Part shown: positions 48,353 to 56,429 of the stretch, piece by piece | Layout: the number at the start of each line of letters is the position of its first letter | Numbering within the stretch: the stretch's first letter is position 1 | From: a virus | Virus record (IMG/VR): IMGVR_UViG_3300047089_000113 | Span: 16,595 to 80,594 of that record | DNA: 64,000 nt | Direction: 5' to 3' (one strand) | Program-made: the position numbers and the translations under genes | The notes under the pieces: model-generated | What the model saw: only the letters and a program-made list of their open reading frames with translations | Databases searched by the model: none | Told to the model about the DNA's origin: nothing

Positions 48353-50141
48353 GCACCACCTGTGCCTGGCAATACCCGGCTGTAATTACAGCAAGGCCGA
48401 CCGGATCTGGCGGCTGCCGCTGAGCTGGCCGGGCTACGTCTGCTTCCGCACCGCCTGGGCGTCGATGCCCGTCTTCATCTACCCGGACCTGCTGGCCTAC
48501 GGCGAGAGCGCCTGGCTGGCTACCCAGCAGCGGTTCGCTGACCGGGTGCGGATCGACGCCACGATCGAGTACGGCGCGCTGATCCGGGACGCCGAGGCCG
48601 ACAACGCGATGGAGCTGCGGCCGGACCAGCGGGGAGCGGTCGAGTGGCTGGTCAAGTACGGCCGGGTCGGCATCGAGGACCCGACCGGCAACGGCAAGAC
48701 GCCGATCGTGATCCGGGCTCTCCAGGTTCAGCAGCAGGTGACCGGTACTGCCCTGCCAGCCCTGTACATCGGCAACGGGTCGGCTCTCTACCCGATCCGG
48801 GACAAGTTCCGCGACTGGGCACCGGAGCTGCGCGTCTCGGTGGTCACCGGCACCGCCAAGATGCGCGAGACCGCGCTGGCGCGCGAGGCCGACGTCTACC
48901 TGATCGCCTGGGACAACCTGCGGATGCACACCCGGCTGGCCAAGTACGGATCACAGAAGCTGGTGCGGTGCAGCGCCTGCGCGGGCACCGAGACCAAGAC
49001 CACGCCGGGCCGGTGCGAGGCGCACGAGAAGGAGCTGAACATCAACCCGGACGGCTCGCCCCGGCGCTGGGGCACCGTGATCCCCGATGAGGCGCACAAG
49101 ATGCGCGACCCGAACACCAAGCAGACCCGCGCCGCCTGGTGGCTGATGCACCACAGCGAGTTCTGCTGGCCGATGACCGGCACGCTGGTGGCTTCCAACG
49201 TGGCCGATCCGTGGGGGCCGCTGCACGGGCTCGATCCGAGGGCGTGGCCGAGCCGCAGCCGCTATATCGACATGTTCGCGCAGAAGGAGTACGCCTGGAA
49301 CCGGGGCGCTGAGATCCTGGGCTTCCGGCCCGAGCACGCCTACCAGGCGCAGACGATCATCCAGCCGTACTGGCGGCGCATCCCGCGCGAGATCGCCAGG
49401 CCCGGCCAGCCGATGCGCGGCGAGCCCGAGTTCCGCTACCCGGAGATGACCCCGGCGCACCGCAAGGTGTACGACCAGCTCACCAAGGAGGCGCTGGCCG
49501 ACCTGGAGGGCGCGTCGATGGTCACCGGTAATGACCTGGTGAAGTACACCCGGCTCTGCCAGCTCGCCAGCTCGATGGTCGAGCAGTACGACGGCGAGGA
49601 CGCGGCCGGATTCACCGTGCCGCGCTACCGGCTGGCGCTGCCCTGCCCGAAGGCCGATGACCTGATCGAGTTCCTGGACGGCATAGACGGCCAGGTGGTG
49701 GTCGCGGCCATCAGCCCCGAGCTGATCGCGCTGGCCGAGCGCAAGCTGCACGACAAGGGGGTCACCTACGCGCACATCATCGGCGGGATGAGCCGCGAGG
49801 CCCAGTACGAGGCCAACATGGCGTTCCTGAACGGCCAGGTCCGGGTGATGTTCATCAATGAGGCCGGGGCCGAGTCGATCGACCTCCAGAGCGCGTCCGT
49901 GATCTACTTCCTGGAGCCCGACACGTCGTTCCTGGCCCGCGAGCAGAAGACCGGCCGGGTGGACCGGTACGGCCAGCTCTACCCGGTGCGGCAGGTCTAC
50001 GCGCTGTGCAAGGGCACCGTGGACGAGCACCGCTACCAGCTCGGCACCGAGAAGAACGAGCGGCACGATTCCGTGGCCCGCGACCCCGACCTGCTGCGCT
50101 GGATACTGACCGGCGAGCACGTGGACTGGAGCACACGATGA
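48285..50141 (+). CDS. SNF2-like SF2 helicase
   Basis: PTGNGKT, DEAH, MTGT, Q..GRVDR.GQ. Confidence 0.9.
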   Translation: MAWAAIDPNSGRPMLAIGAAKAEHHLCLAIPGCNYSKADRIWRLPLSWPGYVCFRTAWASMPVFIYPDLLAYGESAWLATQQRFADRVRIDATIEYGALIRDAEADNAMELRPDQRGAVEWLVKYGRVGIEDPTGNGKTPIVIRALQVQQQVTGTALPALYIGNGSALYPIRDKFRDWAPELRVSVVTGTAKMRETALAREADVYLIAWDNLRMHTRLAKYGSQKLVRCSACAGTETKTTPGRCEAHEKELNINPDGSPRRWGTVIPDEAHKMRDPNTKQTRAAWWLMHHSEFCWPMTGTLVASNVADPWGPLHGLDPRAWPSRSRYIDMFAQKEYAWNRGAEILGFRPEHAYQAQTIIQPYWRRIPREIARPGQPMRGEPEFRYPEMTPAHRKVYDQLTKEALADLEGASMVTGNDLVKYTRLCQLASSMVEQYDGEDAAGFTVPRYRLALPCPKADDLIEFLDGIDGQVVVAAISPELIALAERKLHDKGVTYAHIIGGMSREAQYEANMAFLNGQVRVMFINEAGAESIDLQSASVIYFLEPDTSFLAREQKTGRVDRYGQLYPVRQVYALCKGTVDEHRYQLGTEKNERHDSVARDPDLLRWILTGEHVDWSTR

Positions 50142-51121
50142 CGATACAGATTTCAAACAGCGAGCTGTTCACCTTCCAGCGCTGCCTGCGGATGTGGATG
50201 CTGAAGTACTACCTGGGCTACGTGCCCGACGCCGAGGAAGTGACCGGCAGCCGTATCCTGGGCATCCGCGTCCACTGCGCCCTGGAGGGCTACTACGGCT
50301 ACGGCCTGGACCCGCTGGTGGTGCTGCACCTGCTCTACAAGATCGCGCTGGAAGCCTTCCCTGACTACGAGGCCGCGCTGATCACCGAGCGGGACCTGTC
50401 CAGCGCCATGGTGGAGGGCTACATCGAGTGGCTGGCCGAGACCGGCAAGGACGCCGGGCTGTCCGTGGTGGGCACCGAGACCGAGGTCACCGTGCCGCTG
50501 CCCGGCGTGGAGGGCGTCATCCTGCGCGCCAAGCTGGACCGGGTGCAGCTCGATGAGGCCACCGGCCTGCTGAGCTTCGTGGACGACAAGACCGCCGCGT
50601 CGTTCGAGCGGCACGAGATCCTGGCGATCAACCCGCAGTTCCGGTTCTACTCGCTGGTGCAGAAGCTGGCCGCGCGGGAGGTGCCCGGAGCGCCGCGCGT
50701 GCTCGGCGGCGTGGTCAACACGCTGCGCCGGGTCAAGCGCACCGACCGGTCCAAGCCGCCCTACTACCAGCGCGACCCGTTCCGCTACAACGAGACCGAC
50801 ATCAACTCCACCTTGCTGAAGGTCACCGGGCTGGCGAAGAAGATCGTCGCCGCCCGCCAGGCGCTGGACTGGATCTACACCGAGGGCAAGGGCGACCTGG
50901 CGCTGCTGAACAGCTTCCAGGCGCTGAACCTGCCGCCCACGGTGATCGAGACGGACTGTAGCTGGCGGTGCCCGTTCCTGACGCTCTGCCCGATGCTCGA
51001 TGACGGGTCTGACTGGGTGGGATCATTGGTACGATCCGGCCACTACCGGCAAGAGGACCCCTACTCCTACTACGACCGCGACCCGCTGGGCCGGGTCCGC
51101 CAGATGCTGGCGGCGCAGTAA
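50138..51121 (+). CDS. PD-(D/E)xK exonuclease (RecB/Cas4-like)
   Basis: S.S....F..C, G..VH, E...K.D...D.KT, Q...Y, C.W.CPF..LC. Confidence 0.85.
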   Translation: MTIQISNSELFTFQRCLRMWMLKYYLGYVPDAEEVTGSRILGIRVHCALEGYYGYGLDPLVVLHLLYKIALEAFPDYEAALITERDLSSAMVEGYIEWLAETGKDAGLSVVGTETEVTVPLPGVEGVILRAKLDRVQLDEATGLLSFVDDKTAASFERHEILAINPQFRFYSLVQKLAAREVPGAPRVLGGVVNTLRRVKRTDRSKPPYYQRDPFRYNETDINSTLLKVTGLAKKIVAARQALDWIYTEGKGDLALLNSFQALNLPPTVIETDCSWRCPFLTLCPMLDDGSDWVGSLVRSGHYRQEDPYSYYDRDPLGRVRQMLAAQ

Positions 51122-51567
51122 TGCCCGGCAGGGGACCGCTGAACTACACCACGTCGGTCCCTGCGGACAAGTCCGCGATGGAGTGCATCGCCATCCTGGT
51201 CAAGCACGGGGCCAGGAACGTCGGCCTGTCGATAAGCGAGGCCAGGGTGCCGGACGGCCTGGACTTCATCGTCACCACGCCGTGGGGGCCGCAGCAGTTC
51301 TCGCTGCCGGTCAACATATCCGGCACCGAGAAGGCGCTGAAGCAAGCCTGGCGTGAGCACCGGATCGAGCCCCGGTTCGCCACCCCCGAGCAGGCCCGGC
51401 GGGTAGCCTGGCGGGTGATCAAGGACTGGCTGGAATCGCAGCTCGCGCTGGTGGAGGCCGGGGTCGCTGACCTGCCGCAAGTCATGCTCTCGTTCATGAA
51501 GGTGGGCGTGGACAAGACCATGTACCAGGCCGTGGTCGAGAACCAGATGCAGGCGCTGGAAGCGTAA
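51121..51567 (+). CDS. Conserved phage hypothetical protein
   Basis: Y.T.V....S..E...L..HGA...QA.RVAWR..KDW pattern. Confidence 0.6.
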   Translation: MPGRGPLNYTTSVPADKSAMECIAILVKHGARNVGLSISEARVPDGLDFIVTTPWGPQQFSLPVNISGTEKALKQAWREHRIEPRFATPEQARRVAWRVIKDWLESQLALVEAGVADLPQVMLSFMKVGVDKTMYQAVVENQMQALEA

Positions 51568-51621
51568 TGTCAGACCCCTGTGCTCTGATAGGGTGAGTAC
51601 ACCCGCAAGGGAAAGGTCACG

Positions 51622-52413
51622 ATGACGATACAGACGTACACGCCCGCGCAAGTGCAGCAGTACCGCCAGCCGCAGCCGCAGCGCCGGGTCCAGGGCATCA
51701 GCGCGCTGGTCTACGGCTTCGCCAAGGCGGGCAAGTCATCACTGGCCGATAGCGGGCCGGTACCCCGGCTGATCGTGGACATCGAGGGCACGAGCTTCTG
51801 GACACCGAGCCGGAAGGTCTACTGGAATCCGATGACCGAGATGATCCCCCGGCCGGACGGCACCTGGGACACCTGCGTGGTCCTGACCAGGGACGTGAAC
51901 ACGATCGACCTGGTGTACCGCATCCTGGCCAGCGGCAACCACCCGTTCAACTCGGTCAGCCTGGACTCGGTGACCGAGATGCAGCAGCGCATCATTGACG
52001 AGCAGGTCGGCTGGAAGAAGGTCGAGCGCGACCACTGGGGCATGCTGCTGCGCCGGGTGAGCTGGGTGACCAGGCAATGGCGTGATCTGGTCACGCACCC
52101 GGTTCACCCGATCTGGACGCTCACGTTCGTGGCCGGGGTGCACATGGACGGTCGCACCGGCCGGTGGCGTCCGCTCGTGCAGGGCCAGGTGGGCGACTTC
52201 CTGCCCTACTACGTTGACGTGCTCGGCTACCTCGGCGCGATGCCCGACCAGAGCAGGCACCTGCTAGTCGGCCCGCACCCGCAGTACGAGACCGGCGAGC
52301 GCGTCGGCGGTCGGCTGCCCTACTCGCTGCCGATCGCCTACAAGACAGACCAGGGCACCTGGCCTGGCTTCACGATGGAATCCATGCTCAGCCAGGTGCT
52401 GGCAGGAAGGTAG
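51622..52413 (+). CDS. Sak4-like (AAA_24) recombination ATPase
   Basis: LVYGFAKAGKS, D.E, LDS.T; lies between the exonuclease and SSB. Confidence 0.8.
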   Translation: MTIQTYTPAQVQQYRQPQPQRRVQGISALVYGFAKAGKSSLADSGPVPRLIVDIEGTSFWTPSRKVYWNPMTEMIPRPDGTWDTCVVLTRDVNTIDLVYRILASGNHPFNSVSLDSVTEMQQRIIDEQVGWKKVERDHWGMLLRRVSWVTRQWRDLVTHPVHPIWTLTFVAGVHMDGRTGRWRPLVQGQVGDFLPYYVDVLGYLGAMPDQSRHLLVGPHPQYETGERVGGRLPYSLPIAYKTDQGTWPGFTMESMLSQVLAGR

Positions 52414-52419
52414 AGAACG

Positions 52420-53724
52420 ATGGGATACCCGCAGGGACCGCCGCCGCAGCAAGGCCCGCCGCAGGGCCAGCCGGGGCCGTACGGACAGCAGCAGGGCGGC
52501 TGGCAGCAGCAGGGTCCGCCGCCGCAGCAAGGCGGCTGGCAGCAGCAGGGGCCGCCCCAGGGCCAGGGCTTTGACCCGTACGCCCAGCAGGGCCAGGGCG
52601 GCTACGCGCCGTTCCAGGGCGGCCAGCCGATGGGCGGCGGCGCTGGCAGCTATGACTGGGGCACGATGTACGGCATGGCCGACCACACCGTTGGCCAGCT
52701 CATCGACAAGGGCCTGTACACCGCGATCGTCAAGTCAGCGGACTGGGACCGGACCAAGGACGGCAGCAAGTCCGCCTGGACCATCGTGTTCGGGCTGACC
52801 AGCGGGCCGAAGCCCGGCATGAAGATGACGATGACGATGGCGGTCAGCCCTAAGAAGCTCGACGGCACCGACAATGAGCAGGGGATGGGCATCCTGTTCC
52901 GCCAGCTCGCCTCGATGGGCATCCCGGTGCCGCCGCCGTACGGCCAGCAGGGCTGGTGGCAGATGGGGTGGAACGAGCAGCAGGTGGGCCAGGCCATGGT
53001 CGGCAAGCCGGTGCTGCTCCAGGTGGTCCAGGACGAGTACGACGGCGTGACCCGGAACAAGGTGCGCGACATCCAGCCGCCGCCGCCCGGTGCCCCGACC
53101 CAGCTCCCGAACCTCACCCAGCAGCAGGCCCCGCAGCCGTACGGCCAGCAGCAGGGACCGCCCCAGGGATACCAGCAGGGTCCGCCGCAGCAGCAGCCCG
53201 GCCAGGCCCCGGCACCGTGGCAGCCGCCGCAGCAAGGCCCGCCGCAGCAGCAGCCGCAGTTCGAGGGCCAGGGCTACGGCCAGGGCTTCGGCCAGCAGCA
53301 GCAGGGTCCGCCGCAGGGCCAGGGGTATGCCCAGGGTCCGCCGCCGCAGCAGTGGCAGCAGCAGCAGGGACCGCCTCCCGGCCAGTACCCGCAGGGCTAC
53401 CAGCAGCAGCAGCAGGGACCACCCCAGGGCTACCAGGGTCCGCCCCAGGGCTATGACCCGAGCGTGCCGCCGCACGCCCAGCAGGCCAATCCCGGCGCAC
53501 CGGGCACCGGCCAGTTCACCGGCCAGGGCCAGGCGTGGCAGCCCGGCGTCAACCAGCAGCAGGAGCAGCAGGCCGCGCAGCAGATGGGCCAGCAGCCGTG
53601 GGCCAACCCGAACGGGATGCCGGGCCAGCAGCAGCAGCAGCAGCCGCCGCAGCAGCAGCCGCAGCAGCAGGGCGAGCAGGGTCCGCCGCAGGCTCCGGGA
53701 TGGGCAGGCGGCCAGCCGCAGTAG
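52420..53724 (+). CDS. Single-stranded DNA-binding protein (DUF669-like core) with long Q/G/P tails
   Basis: G.Y...V...T..G...VGKPV...V....YDG..RNKV core; position after Sak4. Confidence 0.7.
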   Translation: MGYPQGPPPQQGPPQGQPGPYGQQQGGWQQQGPPPQQGGWQQQGPPQGQGFDPYAQQGQGGYAPFQGGQPMGGGAGSYDWGTMYGMADHTVGQLIDKGLYTAIVKSADWDRTKDGSKSAWTIVFGLTSGPKPGMKMTMTMAVSPKKLDGTDNEQGMGILFRQLASMGIPVPPPYGQQGWWQMGWNEQQVGQAMVGKPVLLQVVQDEYDGVTRNKVRDIQPPPPGAPTQLPNLTQQQAPQPYGQQQGPPQGYQQGPPQQQPGQAPAPWQPPQQGPPQQQPQFEGQGYGQGFGQQQQGPPQGQGYAQGPPPQQWQQQQGPPPGQYPQGYQQQQQGPPQGYQGPPQGYDPSVPPHAQQANPGAPGTGQFTGQGQAWQPGVNQQQEQQAAQQMGQQPWANPNGMPGQQQQQQPPQQQPQQQGEQGPPQAPGWAGGQPQ

Positions 53725-53726
53725 AC

Positions 53727-53872
53727 GTGACCGGCTGCACCCCGGCCTGGCGGTAGAAAACCGTTCTCGTGCTACCGGCGCTTGCACCACGGGGAGCGCA
53801 CACACACGGTATGCGGTAGTCACGCGACAGAGGGCAGCCGGTCACCCCTGGCTAGCCGAGACCCGGCTGGCC
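53727..53872 (+). ncRNA. Candidate structured RNA or leader
   Basis: A 12-bp closing stem (53727-53738 with 53834-53845) encloses several internal hairpins, followed by another hairpin. Confidence 0.4.
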
Positions 53873-53897
53873 GACGACACCACACAGAAGGAAGACG

Positions 53898-54686
53898 ATG
53901 CAGATAACCCGAACCGAGACATCGACGGGCACCGAGGACCGGACGCGGCGCGAGGAAATCGTGCCGCTGAACACCGGCACCCGCGAGGTCGAGCCCGAGA
54001 TGTACCTGGACTGCTCCGAGTCCGAGGGCTGGCCCTGGAGCAGCCAGCCCAGCCTCAACACCTGGGGCATCCAGATCGAGGCCGTGCGCGGCTTCATCGT
54101 CCCGTTCGAGGCGCTGGACAGCCAGGCCGCCGCCGAGCAGGCCGGTGGCGACGATGAGAAGGGCGGCGTCTACGCCTACCCCTTCAGCAACGCCTTCCTG
54201 CCGATCGGGAAGGGCGACGATGACGGCGACCTGAACAGCTCCAACTTCACCGAGAAGCTGGCCGCGTTCATGGCCAAGTACTTCCGGGACGGCCTGCCGC
54301 GCGGCGGCACCGAGGCGATGACCGCGATCCGCGCCGGGGATGAGCACTTCATGGGCGAGTTCCGCTCCGACCCGCGTGACGAGCGGCCGGTGCGCGCCCG
54401 CGTGATGTGGACGGACGGCATGCTCAACGATGCCAGCCAGTTCCAGAGGTACCTGGCCCAGGCCACCCTGACGCCCGAGGGCTACGGCGCTCACGGCGAC
54501 TGGGACGAGGTGTGGGCGGTCGCTATCCTGGGCGAGCCCGGCGGCGGCGGCAAGGCTGCCTACGAGCAGTACGTGGCCCTGGCCAAGGACCACCCGTGGA
54601 TACACGCCTACTACTTTGAGGGCGTGACCAACCCGGCCGAGGTCGCGGAGGACATGGCCGTCGCGGTGGTCCCCACCGCCGCGTAG
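53898..54686 (+). CDS. Stand-alone vWA-domain protein
   Basis: MIDAS-like DCSES, GGT, TDG; acidic. Confidence 0.7.
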   Translation: MQITRTETSTGTEDRTRREEIVPLNTGTREVEPEMYLDCSESEGWPWSSQPSLNTWGIQIEAVRGFIVPFEALDSQAAAEQAGGDDEKGGVYAYPFSNAFLPIGKGDDDGDLNSSNFTEKLAAFMAKYFRDGLPRGGTEAMTAIRAGDEHFMGEFRSDPRDERPVRARVMWTDGMLNDASQFQRYLAQATLTPEGYGAHGDWDEVWAVAILGEPGGGGKAAYEQYVALAKDHPWIHAYYFEGVTNPAEVAEDMAVAVVPTAA

Positions 54687-54693
54687 CCGCAGA

Positions 54694-54846
54694 TCGTGCC
54701 CGCGCCAGCCGGGCTCTCAGCAGTGCACGGGACTGCGGGAGTTTACGGACGATCGGCTGGCGCGGGCACACCCGCAGCCCCGCAGGCTCTCTGAATGCGC
54801 GCGGGTGCGAGAGCACCCCGACCTGGCACAACCTGCGGGGCTGCGG
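54694..54846. ncRNA. Two long stem-loops (candidate RNA or terminators)
   Basis: GTGCCCGCGCCAGCCG pairs with CGGCTGGCGCGGGCAC (16 bp); CCGCAGCCCCGCAGG pairs with CCTGCGGGGCTGCGG (15 bp). Confidence 0.4.
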
Positions 54847-54849
54847 CCT

Positions 54850-54881
54850 GGAATAGATCACGGGCCTGGGGTGTTTACACC
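54850..54881 (+). promoter_or_regulatory. GGAAT-N18-GTT promoter with operator
   Basis: GGAAT 54850, GTT 54873, GGTGTTTACACC. Confidence 0.75.
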
Positions 54882-54903
54882 ATCGAAGGGCAAAGAGCCC
54901 GGA

Positions 54904-55956
54904 ATGTCAGACCCGAAGGACACGATACAGATCATGAGTCAGGAAACGAGCGAGTGGCTGAACAACTACACGTTGATCGGCTTCACCGACAAGCGCGGCA
55001 AAGCGTGGCACTACCGCGAGAGCGCGCAGGGCGCTGAGCCCAACCACTACCCCCAGGAGATCCCGGTGCCGGACATCAAGCGCCGCCTGTTCGACTGGGA
55101 GCCCGCCATCGGCACGTCGCAGTCCACCTGGACCGACGCTGACGGCAAGACCCGCACCAGCACGTGGCAGGACCGGATCACCCTGATCCACCCGCACACC
55201 GGCTTCCGCCTCGGTGAGTTCACCGATGGCTTCACGCCGCACAGCTTCAGCCAGTGGCTGGTGGACCTGAGCCAGGACGTCATGGACTCCGACGTCGGGG
55301 CCAGCTCGGCAGGACTGCTGAAGGGCGGCAAGCTCGCCTGGGTGCAGTTCGAGCTGCCCGAGACGCTGGACACGCCCGAGGGCATCAGCTACCGGCCGTT
55401 CTTCCTGGCCGCAGACAGCCTCGACGGCTCGCTGAGCACCACGCACCAGCGTGGCGTGCAGCTCGTGGTGTGCGACAACACGCTGGCGGCAGGGCTGTCC
55501 GAGGGCAACGCCCTGAAGGTCAAGACCCGGCACAGCAAGTACTCCAACGCCAACATCGGTGACGTCCGCGCCAAGCTGGACATCATCTACCAGGCGGGCG
55601 ACGACTTCGCCGCCGAGGTGGCCAAGCTCTCCGCGACACAGGTCAGCGACCCGCAGTGGGACGCCTTCCTGAAGGCCCACCTGGGCGACCGCCCGGAGGA
55701 CAAGGGCCGTGGGCAGACCAACTACGACAACCACCGTGACGGTCTCCAGAACCTCTGGGACAACGACATGCGGGTTGCCCCGTGGTCCAACACCGCGATG
55801 GGGGTCGTGCAGGCGGTCAACACCTACGCGCACCACATCCAGACCGTGAAGGGCGCAGAGCGCGCCGAGCGGAACATGACCAAGATGGTGACCGGCGAGT
55901 TCGAGAAGCTGGACGCCGCCACCCTGGACCAGCTCAACCTGGTGCTGGCGGCCTGA
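54904..55956 (+). CDS. DUF932-family protein
   Basis: AWH, FDW, SAG.L.GGK..W, S.DGS, VVCDNTL, RH, T..G..QAV..Y. Confidence 0.85.
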   Translation: MSDPKDTIQIMSQETSEWLNNYTLIGFTDKRGKAWHYRESAQGAEPNHYPQEIPVPDIKRRLFDWEPAIGTSQSTWTDADGKTRTSTWQDRITLIHPHTGFRLGEFTDGFTPHSFSQWLVDLSQDVMDSDVGASSAGLLKGGKLAWVQFELPETLDTPEGISYRPFFLAADSLDGSLSTTHQRGVQLVVCDNTLAAGLSEGNALKVKTRHSKYSNANIGDVRAKLDIIYQAGDDFAAEVAKLSATQVSDPQWDAFLKAHLGDRPEDKGRGQTNYDNHRDGLQNLWDNDMRVAPWSNTAMGVVQAVNTYAHHIQTVKGAERAERNMTKMVTGEFEKLDAATLDQLNLVLAA

Positions 55957-55996
55957 CCCGGTTGCGACCGGTAGGCTGATTACACCAGACTGAGGG

Positions 55997-56027
55997 GGCC
56001 AGGCAGCGCGAGAGCGCCGCCTGGCCT
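55997..56027 (+). terminator. Hairpin after DUF932
   Basis: GGCCAGGC...GCCTGGCC stem. Confidence 0.4.
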
Positions 56028-56048
56028 CTGGTCGTTAGGGAGGCAACC

Positions 56049-56354
56049 ATGCAGCAGGCCGAGGTCAGGCACGATGAGGCGTGGCGCTCGGCTGTCTCGT
56101 TTTCCAAGCTAGCGGAGCTGCTGAGTGCTCATTACGGCGAGACGATCACCCGTCAGCGGGTGTACGAATGGTGGAAACGGGAGACGAAGAACGCAGCCGG
56201 GCAGCCGTTCCCGCGCGAGGCGGGGATCATCCCGCACGCGCCGGTCAACCGCCCGAGCCGCAATTTCGACTACCGGGCCGTGCTGACCTGGACCACGCAC
56301 GGGGTGCCAGCCCGCTACGGCAACGGCTGGCGGCAGCTAGGGAGCCAGGAATAG
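56049..56354 (+). CDS. Helix-turn-helix DNA-binding protein (excisionase/AlpA-like)
   Basis: FSKLAELL....TITRQRVYEWWK...FP...F....V..W; GGGAGG RBS. Confidence 0.65.
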   Translation: MQQAEVRHDEAWRSAVSFSKLAELLSAHYGETITRQRVYEWWKRETKNAAGQPFPREAGIIPHAPVNRPSRNFDYRAVLTWTTHGVPARYGNGWRQLGSQE

Positions 56355-56379
56355 ATCAGCCACCTGGAGTGTTTACACC
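56348..56379 (+). promoter_or_regulatory. GGAAT-N18-GTT promoter with operator
   Basis: GGAAT 56348, GTT 56371. Confidence 0.75.
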
Positions 56380-56429
56380 AGAGTAAGGCCCCACCAGGGG
56401 GCCGAGCAAACAGAAGGACAACGATACAG

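Noticed and set aside
50138-51121. Cas4-like gene as evidence of CRISPR-Cas
   Set aside because: No array or other cas genes; the exonuclease-Sak4-SSB context indicates recombination.
52420-53724. CAG-rich tandem repeats as a possible CRISPR array or microsatellite
   Set aside because: Imperfect, in-frame codon repeats for Q/G/P with no constant repeat and unique spacer structure.
53727-53872. tRNA gene
   Set aside because: No TTCGA T-loop, canonical cloverleaf spacing or CCA end.
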